Source: Takakia lepidozioides
Taxonomy: Eukaryota > Plantae > Bryophyta
Assembly (NCBI GenBank): GCA_030704615.1
Contig: CM060732.1
Coordinates: forward strand, 45,012,001-45,076,000
DNA: 64,000 nucleotides
Direction: 5' to 3'
The notes under the pieces were generated by a model, which had not been told where the DNA came from, ran no database searches, and was given only the letters and a program-made list of their open reading frames with translations. Position numbers and translations under genes: made by a program. Shown here piece by piece: positions 1 through 13,219 of the stretch; the first letter of the stretch is position 1; every line of letters begins with the position of its first letter.

Positions 1-1896
1 CTTTGGGTCACACGATGACTCTGACATGCCCACAACCTTACCCTCCTCACTACTTTTCACAAACGGGGCCAACATTAATTACCTGACACATATACATTAA
101 TAGCACGCTTCCCCTACCCAATCTGTAGACTCCCGATACATACATAATCCAATAACTTCCTTTAACATACACATACACACGACCGAATGCAACCCCGATA
201 AAGACATTGACCATGACCCCCCCCCCCACGCTATGTATTGGCCCCCATTTTTCCAATATCTATGCTCAATATGGTCGTTACATTGGTCTAATTCCCAACG
301 ACAGACTCATATGGTTATGGGAAAACCGACGGCTCCCTCACCAAATCTAATGCCGGATATGGAGTATACCACGCTGCCACTAACCGGGGCATCGCCCTCA
401 GACTTCTTGGTCCTGCCACCATATTACGTGTTGAACTTATGGCCATCTTCGAAGCACTTTATCTGATAGATGCATTCCCTCTTTCATACTACATCTTTAC
501 AGATAACCTTACCTCACTGTTGCTTATCCGGAATCACATCTTCCGTCCCTCCTCCCACCATCATCACCCAGACTGCAACCTCAATACAACCATTGTCAAC
601 CTCGTTATTTCCAAGGGCCACCATGTCCACCTCCTCAAGGTTTGCTCACACACTAGCATCCAGGGTGATGAGGCTGTGGACATGTTTGCTCAAACATGCA
701 CCTCTAAACCCCCAGTGGACTCCACAGACGATCCTATTCACATTGCTCATACCCGTCCCTTCTGGTTCATACACCCAGTCCCAGATCCCCCCACACCCAG
801 ACCGTCCGTAATCTTATGACCACTCACACCCGTGGAGCTAACAAACAAGCCATAACATCTATAAGCCACACCAAAGTCACATTCAGAAAAGGACCCAGTC
901 CATAGTCCTCCATCATGAGCTATCAAACCACTTTTGGCACACCAAAGCCACTACTGATGCACAAATCCGATAAACACTCAAATTCAGATACATCCAATAC
1001 ATGGGCCACCAGCGTAAACACATCTTCTGGCCACATCTTTTCCCATCCCTATATTGCCTATTATGCTCAAATACCCACCATACGCGACACCTGGCCACAC
1101 CTCCTTAGCCAATGTACCCATCCAATCATTCATGGCTTTCATATCACCCTCCACAATTACACAGTCTGGCAGATCTATAAACTCCTTCTGAGCCGCGCTG
1201 AAAGCAGGTGGTTCTCATTCATTAACGCCAACACCTACCAAGGCCGACTGCCAGACCACACTCTACCACCATGGTTGCTCCCATGTACATGTACCCGCCC
1301 ACCATGCACCTGCCCCGCCAGACTCTGCCCTGATATTCTACTTGTCCAAGGCCTACCCACTAACACCCCACCACCCACTACACCATCCCCACAACTCACC
1401 ATCCACTTCATCAAATTTACATATTGTCATGATCGCTACCCCAATGACTCGATCTTGGAAAAACGACAAAAATATGTTCTGCTCATCCTTGCAATTCGCC
1501 GTACGGGCTGGATTACCGGCCCACTAACTGTCATCACTACCAGAATTAGAGGCCGCATACATAATGCCAGTATCAACGTTATACATAACAACTTCAAAAT
1601 CCCCATCCCCCATTCATAAATGTTTCAAAACAATCCACCTCACGGCACTCCGATCCTTCACAGCTATTATTACCAACAAACGGCAACTGGAATCCAACTC
1701 TACATCGGTACCCTAGGTACCTAGGGTACCGCTGGGTCCCTTACGATACCATAAATGCCTCTATACCCTCGGTTACTTGGTGTCCTACATGACACCTATT
1801 CTCTTATAGGGCCCACCCCCGAAAGGGGGCAGTAGCCGTAAGGTGAAGTGGCTCTTAATTATGTCGGCTTCGGCCGGAATCTTCTCTCTCTCTCTC
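1..1896 (+). mobile_element. 3' part of a decayed non-LTR retrotransposon with RNase H, CCHC knuckle and restriction-like endonuclease (Dualen/RandI-like)
   Basis: RNase H motifs ELMAIFEAL...IFTDNLTSL...KVCSHTSIQGDEAVD (439-819). DTWPHLLSQC...LHN knuckle and PDILLV...IHFIKFTY...EKRQKY REL motif (915-1619). Ends in a structured 3' UTR and (CT)n. Confidence 0.8.
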
Positions 1897-2167
1897 AAGA
1901 CAATGCACATTGCAAACTGTCGTGGGAGATAAACAGTGTCTTTGTCAGAATTGCCAAGTGGGGGGCAAGAGATGAAAGCGTTGGCCAAGGCTTTCACTAG
2001 CGGATATACACAGCTCACCATGGATACCGGACGATTGAGATGAGAGGAACATTTCAAGTGGGAATGAAAGTTTGTAATCGCAGTGATGATTACCAATAAA
2101 GAGGCACACATCTACAAACTACAAACCTACTTGCCTTTTGTCCTGTTGCTCCATCTTAGGTACTAAC

Positions 2168-2977
2168 CATTGTTGGCCGGGTACCATGTTTTGAGCCCTC
2201 TTCCGGTCCCGGTTATGGCCTACTCCTTGAAAAAAGTGGATGGCCGGGGCAGGGTATAACAACAGGTTTGAAAAACATCTCGGTTACAGGTTCTAATTAA
2301 ACACATGAATTTTTTCTTGTCCGGTTCTCAATCTACCGGTTATGCCATCTTAAAAATTGCCGGTTCCATGGTACCGGTTATGGGATTCATCCATTTTTAC
2401 TTTTTTATTTTTTTCTAGCATTTTTGTGTATGTGTGTAAAACTACACAAGAGGGATGTGGCATGGTGGTAAGCCACTCATGTATTGGCCTGTGGGTCTCG
2501 GGTTCAAAAGTTCAACCCCTACCATCTATCTCTCTGCCTTCAGGCTGCCCCTGTAATACTCTAAGTTTATAACCATTGTTTTAGCCAAATGCTCAACTAA
2601 TTAATTTCCTATTTACTTGGGCATTCTCAATGTTGTGCACCTAATCTCCTCAACCATTGTAAACGTATTGTTACTAGTAAGACATAATCAGGATATGTCC
2701 ATATGCAATAATCTTAACTGCCATCACCAACCCCTATACCTATATTATCTAGAACCGCCTCTACGCCATGCACATTTGCTCTGGATCCTGCTCCGGGTAT
2801 AACACCCTTACAATTCCGATGCCGGTTGTCTAGCCGGTTAGGAAGCTCGATGGCTTTTGCCGGTTCCCTTCCATAGCCGGTTCCTCCTGGGGCTGCACTT
2901 TCCGGGTATGCATATGTGCATAACCGGCAAATAACTGTCGGGTATGCATGTGCAGATGCCATACCCGGCCAACACTG
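2168..2977. mobile_element. Non-autonomous hAT element (MITE-like), 810 bp
   Basis: TIRs CATTGTTGGCCGGGTA / TACCCGGCCAACACTG, 8-bp TSD GTACTAAC (2160-2167, 2978-2985), many CCGGTT/AACCGG subterminal motifs. Confidence 0.92.
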
Positions 2978-4989
2978 GTACTAACCGCATTGTATGTTAT
3001 ACTTGGAGATGCAGGGCCTTGCTGGTACCAGTACCAACTAAGTTAGGTTGATACATCAACTTGGATAGGCTATCGCCACCACAGTAGCCATGACTGTTGT
3101 GTAGTGGCTGGGCGGCAGGGACATGACAATTTGTGAGTGCAGCTGGAATGATGGGACCTACTCTTGTGCACTTCTGAATCTAATTAACAACCCCACTATA
3201 CCTGCTACCCACCTTCTTAGGTCAAATTGCAGATGATGAATCATAAAGACAAACGGATAGCTCTGGATTGATACCACAATGGATGACCATGAACTTAAAT
3301 ACTTAGAATCTGTGGTTTCCTTTTCATGGAAAAGAGGAACGCATGTGCTTCCACAAAGTAGCAAACTCTTCCCACACGCATCTTCCTTCTTACTTCTGTG
3401 ACTGCCCACCACCCTCAAATCTGAGGTGGGACTCCAGGTGGCTACTAACCGAATGGTGGCTAGGTACTTCAGCAAATGTTCACCCCAGACTGCGTAGTAT
3501 TGAAGTGTACAAAAAATTATGAATACAAGATAGATGAATGAAGGCACTAGTTGGGAGCTGGAAGGCTGTTAATTTACCCAAAGTTTGAAATCCATCTGCA
3601 GCGGGCATGGGCAGCAACTTCGCATGTAGCTGCCAAGGCCATGCATTGTAATCTTCCTTGAGTGTAACATCTTGCAATGTCTCATAAGAGCTTTACACTG
3701 TAATGACCAATGGTGAGATAGTTATGCTTGTCATATGCCAGCCCCCCACACCCTCCTCTTTCTCACTGCCTTTCCAGTCTGTCATAATTGAGCCATGATA
3801 CCATAGCACACATCATCAATGTGTTGGTCTGCGTCCATCTCAGCTGCCTCAGCTGCTTAGGCATCTTCAAGCAGAGTCTGAGGCTGCACTAAAGCTTAAA
3901 CAACATTTGAGAGGAAGAGACATTCAAAATTTATCATCACACCTACATTTTGCAACTCAAAATAGTTGTTTTCCCTGAGGAGATGCAATTCATGGCTGTA
4001 TGTAAATCGTAACCAAGAGGGCCACGTGACCAAAGATCACTCATCACTATCATCAATGTCCACACAGTCTTTCACCAGCTGCTTCTGCCGGACAACAGCC
4101 TCTAGCTGGCGGAGCTCATCTATGCCCTGCCATAACCTTCTATCACTAACAAGCTTGCTTTCCATTAGTCGCGCACTGCAGCCTGTGTACAAAAATAATT
4201 CACTCACTCAAAATAAAGTGCAGAACAGATTGATGCAAACAGCTCTACTTACTCCTGTAGAGCTCAAGTGAGGAACAACCTCAAACTCTAAAGAATTTTG
4301 GCAAACAAGATCAAAAGAGCCATGGCTTCCTCATGACACTTAGTACCTAATATATTCACCTAATATTCAAAAACAGGAAAAAAAGAAAAACCCACCAGCA
4401 CTCTAACTGCACATCTCAATGAAAGAACAAAGAGGGAACTTTGTAAGGTCCATGAAATACCATAAAGAGCTTACGGATAGTCACATAAGAAACAAAGAAA
4501 CAAGTACAAACTAGACGAGACATCATCACTTTTCCTTCCACTATCAATCTTAATTGCACCCTTAAGATATCCACAATTTTTATATCCTTGAGTTTAGGAT
4601 ATAAGATAGGTGGAAACATTACCTGCAGCGGCACATTGACACGAACCCTCTGTTTTGTGCCTCGCTAAGTAGCTTGTGGCCACCCCTCGATCATAAATAT
4701 GATGACAATCCTCACAGCAGTTCATTCCAAGCTTAATCCAGGTACCTGATGGTCCAACTCTCAACATGATGGCCCAACGCTTCTTCGCTTCTTGAGGAAG
4801 AACTATACCATAGGATGGTCCAAAGCTCAAGTTCTTCCGAAAGAAAGCAGCCGAGGGTTCTTGGGCAATTCAAGAAAACTGTGATCAGTAATCTCTGATA
4901 TCATCATTGAAGATGCCTTTCTACCCTACACTTCCATTCATTTATTTTGTGCTTCCCTATCTCAGACTGGTTGGCTACATGTCTTGTTC

Positions 4990-7900
4990 CCTCATACACA
5001 GCTGCGCAAGGCTCCCAGATTGGTTGTCTCCACTGCACCTGTCGTGTTCCACCAAGCCTCGATGATAGCAAACTTAACCTCCGCGTCATCAAATGTAGGT
5101 GCATCCTTCCACGCCGTACAAAGGACACGGTGTTCAACTTGGAATGAGCTAGCAACAAATTTGGTAGTGTAGTGAGATCCAATGGAATCCACAGGATGTC
5201 TCTTTCCCCTCCATTGGAACATTGGGGTCCTCACCGTACACACGCTGCACCGTTGCCCAGTTGGCCCGAGCGTTGTCTGCCATGAATCCCCTCAAATTGG
5301 GCTCTGGCAAACCTACCCTTGCCATCTGCTAGTTTATGCCCTCCCACAGATGCATCTCCGACTGTGTGTCCTCCCCTTTCATCTCCCAGATTGCAATCGT
5401 GATGAGCCTCTTGGAGTGATAGTTATAAACATGCGCACCCATGGTCACCCACTGATGGTTTGTAATTCACTTGATGTGGTCAAACATCACCCAAACATTC
5501 CAATTGTCATGCGAGTGACCAACTCGACTCGACTCCCAGGCCCATACGTTGACATTTTAAAAATGTAACAACGATCGGATTCGCTACCTTGCCTTGGAAA
5601 CCTGCTACCTTGGATGTAGTCATATCCAGTCCTCCGTTTCACCTCCAGGATTGAGTGCATGTCCGACACTCGGCCGAACTCCTGCTTGCAAGATACGATA
5701 TGATTCCGCATATTCGGACTACAAACGTGCGAGACGGACTCCAACAGGTCAAACATATCCTCTTCGTTCAAGGGCACTCGGTTTAAACCCTCTTCAGACA
5801 TGATTTTTCCAAGAGCAATCTTGTGGGCTACCTTGAGCTGAATATGCTTTGGTCAGGCTCCGGGGCTCAATTTCACCTCATCTTTTATGATGTCGTGTGC
5901 TTCCTGCAGAGCCTCCCGGATGTTGCATCTCACCAAAGGGTGGCAGTGGACCCCAACGTGTATGCAAGCTCTAGTCAAGTCCGGGAGCAAATGGATTACA
6001 TAATATTGCTTGGCTCTGCACATGGACATGCACGTCGGTGGTTCTTTGCAATGTGCGCACTTGAAAGTACCCGTCGGAGCTTGGCTGGAGACAATGAATG
6101 GATGATGGGTTGTGCCAATCCAATCCGTCTTGTTTCTCCGCCCTCCTTTGGAGAGAAAGTGGAAGCAGGGGGGATTGAGGCACTGCAACTTCCCCGCACA
6201 GAGGACGTATCGTACACGAACACCATCAGCAATTTTCGTGCTACTGGTCTTCGTCACACACCAGGGGTGTCCGTGATGCTTTCGATCCCTGTCTGTTAAC
6301 ATCCATGAGGCTTTGTTTGACGAAGTAACACGTGGAAACTCAAAGATCATATTACCATCGACTTCGAGAGGCAGATATGTTACCTTCATAACTGGAAATT
6401 TGGCATAGTCGAGAGCAGCCAGCTCGGAGCGAGAACCATCGAGGTGATGTTGCCGTAGGAGCTGCATAATGGACCGAGTTGGAGCTATGCTCGAGAGTAC
6501 ATGCGTAGCACCTGCAGAGACGTCCATGTCGGATTTGAACGACCGTGTGGAGGACATGGGGACCTCAATGCACTCATCTTCCTCGTCGGAAATGTCGAAT
6601 ACCTCCACACGAGAAGCTATGGAGGGTCTTGATGGTCCAGGTTGGGAATGATTATCGTTGCATACCTCTCTATTGGCAGTGGCCGCCTGTCGGTTTCCCG
6701 ACTCCTTTGTGAATGGTGTCGGAAGCGACTGATTCGGAAAGGGAATGGGCATTCCCACAGCTCGGTACAAGATGGTGTCTGATGGAGGTAAGTGCCACGC
6801 GATTCCGCAACCTCCGTCGTTACCTAGCACGACAATGGTCTCATCAACCTGTCCAGGAACATCCTTCCTTGCTTCTTCCAAATAAAGTGTGCCTGGTTTG
6901 AGCTTGAATTTGGAACAAAGGTAAGTTTCAGTCACTCCGCAAAGTCCTCCCTCGTTTGGGATCCTGGCTCTCCCAAGTTGCGGAGGACAGCAAACTATAG
7001 TGTATGAATTGGGAGCGATCGAACACCGCACGAAGTTGGCAAGTATGAGACAACAACAGACCAAGGCTTAGTGACACCACATAATTGGAATTGCCGAGGC
7101 CATCGACGATTGGAAGTCGCACATTGAAATCGAGCAGAATGTTTCAAGATACATGCATGAAGGTGGGAGGTGTGATTCCATATCCTATATGTATAACAAT
7201 GATGGCCATGTCGGCGACGAAATAACATCTCCTGACAGTTTTTCCTGAGGGTGGATCCAACAGTATTCTCGGTGCCGACATGAACGTTCACACTGACAAG
7301 TAGGCCTGGGCCCTAGCCTGAATCCACGGCGAACGCCATGCAGGACGGCCTGGAGGGAGTGCAGCTGCGATGGCGGCAGAGCTCGGGGCTCGAGAAAAAC
7401 GCCACGAGGGGTGGGCCAAACCTAGGGCGGGGGTTTGAGAGGGTTGAGGGTGGAGTGGCCCCCCATGAAAGCAAGGCCGGGTAGCCAGAGGAGCTCCCAA
7501 TCCCTGCGCCCTTCTGGGCTACGGCTCCAAATATCTTAGGCCTGCAAGCTATGTCAAAGGTGTGCCATTTGAAGTCTTGGGCAAGGAACCTAAGGATGCG
7601 GTGCATTGGCTGATTGGCCTCAAAGTTTTTCGGGGACTTCATATGGAAGCCCGTGACATTTCAACCGGAGGGTTAGGGATTGACTGGCGGCTGATTTTTT
7701 TTTGTATAATTTTAGGCAAAGAGATTTTGGCCTGCCCAAAGAAAATGGCATATTTTGACCCCCCAATTTGTCACTACAAAGGAGCCCACTAGAGAACATT
7801 TCAGAAAAAACTGAAATTTTATGAGGATGTGTGTTATCAGGTATGGAGCAACATTCTTGAGACTCTCAAACAGAAAAAATTAAAAATGCCCAAATACGAG

Positions 7901-8152
7901 CAAAAAAACTGCTTTTTTTGGCACCTAGTTCTTAGTGGAGATTTTTTTTGGTCCCCACTCTACACTTTATAATCTTCAGATCTGGCAGTTGGATTTTGGT
8001 GAAACTTTTTGTGGTAGGAGGTGGGGTAGGTGGAAAGTAATTCCAACGGTCAGTTTTACAGGGACACAGAGATTCTCTAGATAAAAAAAAAATTGTGGGC
8101 CAGAGTCATGTTTTTCCACGAGAGGGTGAAAATGAGTTTTGACACTTGAGGG
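4990..8152 (-). mobile_element. Decayed DNA transposon with GCM/WRKY-like Zn domain and MULE-type (D...CxxH) transposase
   Basis: ORF 5853-7064 has CAGKLQC..C...CAHC...C...HVGVHCHP. Downstream broken frames give MFDHIK...MGAHVY...EMKGED...LRGFMADNARANW...CGFHW...AIIEAWW. Putative terminus TTAA|CCCTCAAGTG at 8156-8143; other end not found. Confidence 0.75.
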
Positions 8153-10159
8153 TTAAGTGAATGTCGAACAAAGGTGTTGCAATTACAAGCAATGGTCAGT
8201 CCCATTTCAAATTGTATACCAAGCACAACCCATCACAACAGGAGGCCGTGGAGGCTTACAGCGGAGTCTCGTCTTGATGTTGTTGTCAGTGAAATACACA
8301 CTAATATACCTCTATGAAGGTAATTGCGACAGAACAGTTGCGAAGACACAAAATTCAAATTAAGTTTCCTTTTAATTTAATTCAACATTCTGTTATTCTC
8401 CTGTTCAAAAAGCATCTTCCAATCTTGAGATTCCCCGAAGGTCATCCATCTCCTCGGATGCATTCATTCATCCATGTATTGCTGGTTGGAGGAGAAGGGT
8501 ATGCTGGCAAACCCTCGCGAGTCCGAGTCTTCGCGACGTGAGTTGAGAGGAGCACGAATACCTCATAGTGATTCTGCAACCTGTGATCAGCAAGGTATGT
8601 GTTTCGATCTAGTCATATGCTTTCTTACCTTGCTTCTTATTTTTTTCTTCCTTTACACAATTGTTCGTCATCTGCTTGGTGCTTGCACTTCGCTGCATCA
8701 GTTTCCTCGAGTGCATATCCTCGGACGATATGTGTTGTACTGTTAACGCTATTTTTCTTTACTTCCTTGTCCTGTCTTTAAGGCTTCTGCGGTTACCCTA
8801 GCGGTTTTCGTTCCGACTACATATGTGTTATTTTGCTCGGGGTTTGTGGTCCGTGGTGTTTTCATGAGGGTATAGTCGCAACAATTGAAATGTCTAAGAT
8901 TCTTATTTATTTTCTCTCCTTTTTTTTCTATCCTATGGAGCATTTTCTGCCGACCTTGCCGTGCTGGCCTTTTGTTGTGCTGCAGTCCGCCGTTTGAACC
9001 GTTAGGATGCATACAATTCCCGTTTTTCATTTCCTGTCTTTTCTCGGAGGAACATCTTCCGCCTTGCAATACCCTCGTTTGGTCGGTGCCCCTTTGTGTT
9101 GAGTCTCGCTTTGGTGCGTGTGCGTGTCTGTGTTCCTAGTATAAATTGTCTCGCTAAGAGGGAGAGAAGAGGGGGGAGGGTATGGCAGCAGGGCCAGAGA
9201 GTGAGACCTACCGCAGGCCAATGTGAAGAGAATTGTGAAAGGGAAGCTTGCGGAGCTCGCCCGTGCGCACTGGGAGGAGAGAAGGATATTCCTGTGAATA
9301 AGGACGCTCTTCTTGCCTTCTCTGAAAGTGCCAAGATCTCATTCCACTTTTTTTCCGCAACGCACGTCTCTCTGTTTTGTCAAAGATATCTTCCCGCTCA
9401 TTTCTGACTCGCATTGTGTCCTGCCACAATCTCTCTGTGGCTTGTGTTTTTCTGTCTCTGCATGTGGCTCTTTGTTCTTTCTTCCACAACTAGATATGAA
9501 TCATAGAATGAATCAAAGGATGCTTGCTGTTCTTACCACCATCCCTGCGGATTAGACCTGATGTGTAGAAGTAGGCAAAAGACATTTCTGAAATGGGAAT
9601 CTGCATTGTTGTTGTCTTGGTTTTGTGTAGAGTATGATTGTGGCATACGTTGACATACATATCTTTTTAGGTACTTTGCTGTGCAGTTTATGAGAAAGTG
9701 AAATTAGGAACTTGAACAAGTGCAATTTGTTGCCTATTCTTCCCCTAGAGAACCTGAAAATCTCCTAGAGTCCACCAAAGCCATGCCCTTCTCCAAGCAA
9801 CTTATAACTCCTGCAGGATAAATCGGGTATTGTTTGACATTGTCATAGGTGTGCCATGACTTTGGTGTCTCGCAGGTATCTGGACCATCTCTTGTTAACT
9901 CCAGTACAAGTTGTTTGAGCACCAACCCTCTGCCCTCCCCGAATCAACTGACTCAGGTTGTCTTCCCCACACTGTGTCATAAGACAAAAACAAAGGTTGG
10001 TTTCCCTTCTTTTTTCCTTCACTGAATAATCTGGCTTAGAGTGAAGATCCCCACAGCCCCTGTTTCTCAGAAAGCCAGCTCGGCCTTTGTGGAAACAACC
10101 TCTAGTACCCAGATCGACCTCGAGACGAGTACTTATATCTCTGCAAAATATCTGCATTG

Positions 10160-11690
10160 AGAAGCGTGATGCCTTAAATAGTTCCCCAGCTCTTCTCTGT
10201 CACCTTTCTTGTGTAGATTGACAATGATCCCCTGTCGCAAAAGGGGATCATGTCAGTCCTCCAGATAAGGTTAAAGAGAAGTACAAGGGCCTCTATGATG
10301 GGGCCGCCACCCTGCTTGATTAGCTTGTTGACTATGCCATCAGGTCCACCAGCTCTATATCCGTGTAAATGCTCAATTGCTTCCACAATCTTAGAAGAAC
10401 TAATGGGAGCGTTGTAACCCTTTGAAATATACTCCAGGTCATCAGGGCTGTCTTGAATCGAAGGAACAGTTTTTTCCAAGTGCGTCTTTCCATTCTTCAA
10501 AGACCCCTCACAGCTAGAGCTAGAATGTTACCAAGGATACTGTAGTGAGTTTCAAAGGTTTGACAGTATCAACCATTGAAGTCACCACTCCACCCTTAGT
10601 AGTCCTCAGCGCTTGTACATGCTGACAAGTATAGACGTCGAAGGGCCAACCAGAATCCCTTGTCTTTACCACCATGGCGATTTGAGTTTATTTCATTGTA
10701 TAACTTGTCCCGGTATATATTTTCTTCTGAAACCTTACAAGCTGACTGTTATCTTGGCGGATCTGGTAGTACCTAGCCCACAATTTGTTTTGTTGACTTT
10801 CAAATTGCGGCAGTCTTTATAGAGGACTCGTCTCTCGGCTGAGTTTGATCTCATTGGTCCACCAATCAATAGCTCTACTGCAGACAACTAGTGTCCTCCT
10901 ATGATTCTGTCAGCCACAGAGGAGATGAAACTCTCCCAAGAATCCACAGCTCTTTTGACTTCATTTCTTGCACTGCCAGTCTTGGAGCGAATAGACAAAT
11001 TGAGGGAGAACCTGTTGCAAGGCCTGGACATATTCAGCCTTGACTCTTTCATTTTGGAAATTTTTGTATGTGCCACTTCCGAATCAAACATTTCACAGAT
11101 CTTTTGGTGTTGGGGAAACATGTTTTGATCTTTAGTCCAAACCAAGATGTGGTCAGAGGTACTAATATCAGTTCTGTCAATCAAACACACTGGCACTGTG
11201 GGGAAACAAACTCTTGTCCACAATGATACCTGTTCTGTTCGTAATATCAAACCATGCCGTAATGGTTTATCATGGATACCACGGTATCCCTTAAGCTTGG
11301 TAATCCACAATGGATGGTTCCTCAGTTTGGGCTTTCAGCTCAAAATGGGTGTTGAAATGATGAAGCTCCAAAAATATATTACAGTTTGGTAGGTCCATAA
11401 AATTGAGGATAGATGGGTAGATTCCCTTGTGATGTGTATGGAATTCAGCTTGTCAGCTTAAATGGGCATAAAGAACAGGTTGGTGGTTTTACAGGTCCAT
11501 TGCATTAGGTCTCCTTTTGACCTATTATTCAAGGTTGAAAGTTAAAGTTCTTTGGGACAGTTTATTTGACCGTCTTCCATTAGAAATTCAGTTCATCCTC
11601 ACCAAAAGGCCCAATGGTGGGGCATTGAAGTCACCCAATAAGACCACCTCACCTTTGACAAGGAACTTAGCACAGTTCAGCTGGCAATTT
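10160..11690 (-). mobile_element. Decayed APE-RT LINE fragment
   Basis: APE motifs VVLIGDFNA (~11625-11650) and TSDHILVW (ORF 10888-11310). RT N-terminus AGGPDGIVNKLIK..LFNLIW..IP..LHKKGDREELGNY (10170-10400). Truncated and frameshifted. Confidence 0.85.
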
Positions 11691-13219
11691 GATTGAGAGT
11701 AGGGGTCTATGTTCAATCACCACTTCTACTTTCCATATTGACATGTGTAAGCAACTGCAGGATGATGGCGGCCATGCGGGAGATTTCAGTGCGCTTTCAT
11801 GCTTTGGGTTTGCGAAGATTGGTGCCATCTAGGTTGTTCAGCTCCGATGATGTACCATCCGAGTCTGTGTACAAGAAGGTTGAGGAACTCGCTGCTGAGG
11901 TCTCAGAGCTGAAGATTCAATTGAAGAGGATGGTGGCTTGCGTGGATAGGATGTTGCCGGTTTATTCTATGATCTTGACGCGTTCCGCCTTGGGTACTCA
12001 CTGGGGGCGATCAGGAGTTCACGAGGACCCGTAGAATTGCTCTAAAAATAAGATGAGCTCCTCAGGACAGATGTCCTGAGGAACCCGTCTTACTTTTAGC
12101 GCAATTCTACACTGCCTGGTAGTGGAGTGATTTGTCCATTGGGGTGCACAGCAGGGGAGAAATGTATATAACAGAGATTGATGTTGGAGATACATGGCTG
12201 CATCCAGCCTATGTGCCCTGGCATCTGGTCACGTTGTAATTGGGGCAGGTTGGTCAAGCCCATGAGGAGACAGAGAACTGGAAGTGGAGATGCAAGCGGC
12301 TTAGCAAGGGGGTTGGGGGTTGGAAGCATGTCGAACTACTAGACATGCTGCACAGGACCAGCAAAAATCCAGCAAGCCTCCTCAAGCACTCCTGTGGTCC
12401 ATCTGTGCTGCCTGGCAGTGCCGTGAATCGGTGTCCCTTGCTGCTCACTGTCCTTGTGCCCAGCCACGTGCCATGGGTCCATTTATGTAGTACCAGCAGG
12501 GGAGGGAGGGGAGGGGAGAAGCAATGCGAGAGATGGAGAGACGCCACAACTTAGTTGCAAATAGCCTGCACCCCCTGGCATGTACTTTGCTGGTCCAATA
12601 TTGATGCTTGAGTGAGTGCGAGTGATTTGGGGGTGCTCATTCGTAGTAGGCAGAGAGAGAGTGCTACTGTAAGGTAGGGGTTGATGCATGCTGTTGTCCT
12701 TCGCGGGTCTTCTTGTACTGCAAGGCAGTGAAGTTGATGTGAGTCTGTGGCTCGTGAGTACATTTTCTAGGTGTCGCAATCAACGACCAAGCTCTTGTAT
12801 GCCCTGCTCTGCTCTGCTGTGCTGAATGTTGGTGAAGTGAAGCTGTGGTTCCGATATGGTAGATGTGTTGTGCAAGTCCAGCAACCATCCACGAAGCTTT
12901 CGATTGCAGGCCGCCTGTCCATAAACCATCCAAAGAACTGGAGTAAGAAGCGCATAACACTATGGTGTATTGAGGAAGGAGGCCTGGCTTGCAAGCAGAT
13001 GCCAGAGCCCATGGAAGAAGAAATTTATTGGCGACCAGCAGATGCTGCACATTGTGGAGGAGATAGGTGCAGCAGGTGTCTTCTTCCCTGGGACGACGGG
13101 AGTGACACCTGGGCTGCGGGTGAGGGAGGGATGAGAGATTCTGGGTTGCACTGCGACTTGAAGCGGGTTGGGGGAGAGAGGGGAAAAGTGCAGTGGTGGA
13201 GGCGGGGGTTGCACTTTGC

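Noticed and set aside
1809-1854. Hammerhead or HDV-like ribozyme in the LINE 3' cassette
   Set aside because: The three-way topology is superficially similar, but there is no CUGANGA core or GAAA/UH. No HDV P3/L3 pseudoknot or catalytic C before GAA.
1900-4900. Possible minus-strand exons of a decayed host gene around the hAT MITE
   Set aside because: Splice-like boundaries are present but frames are broken and no family is recognisable.
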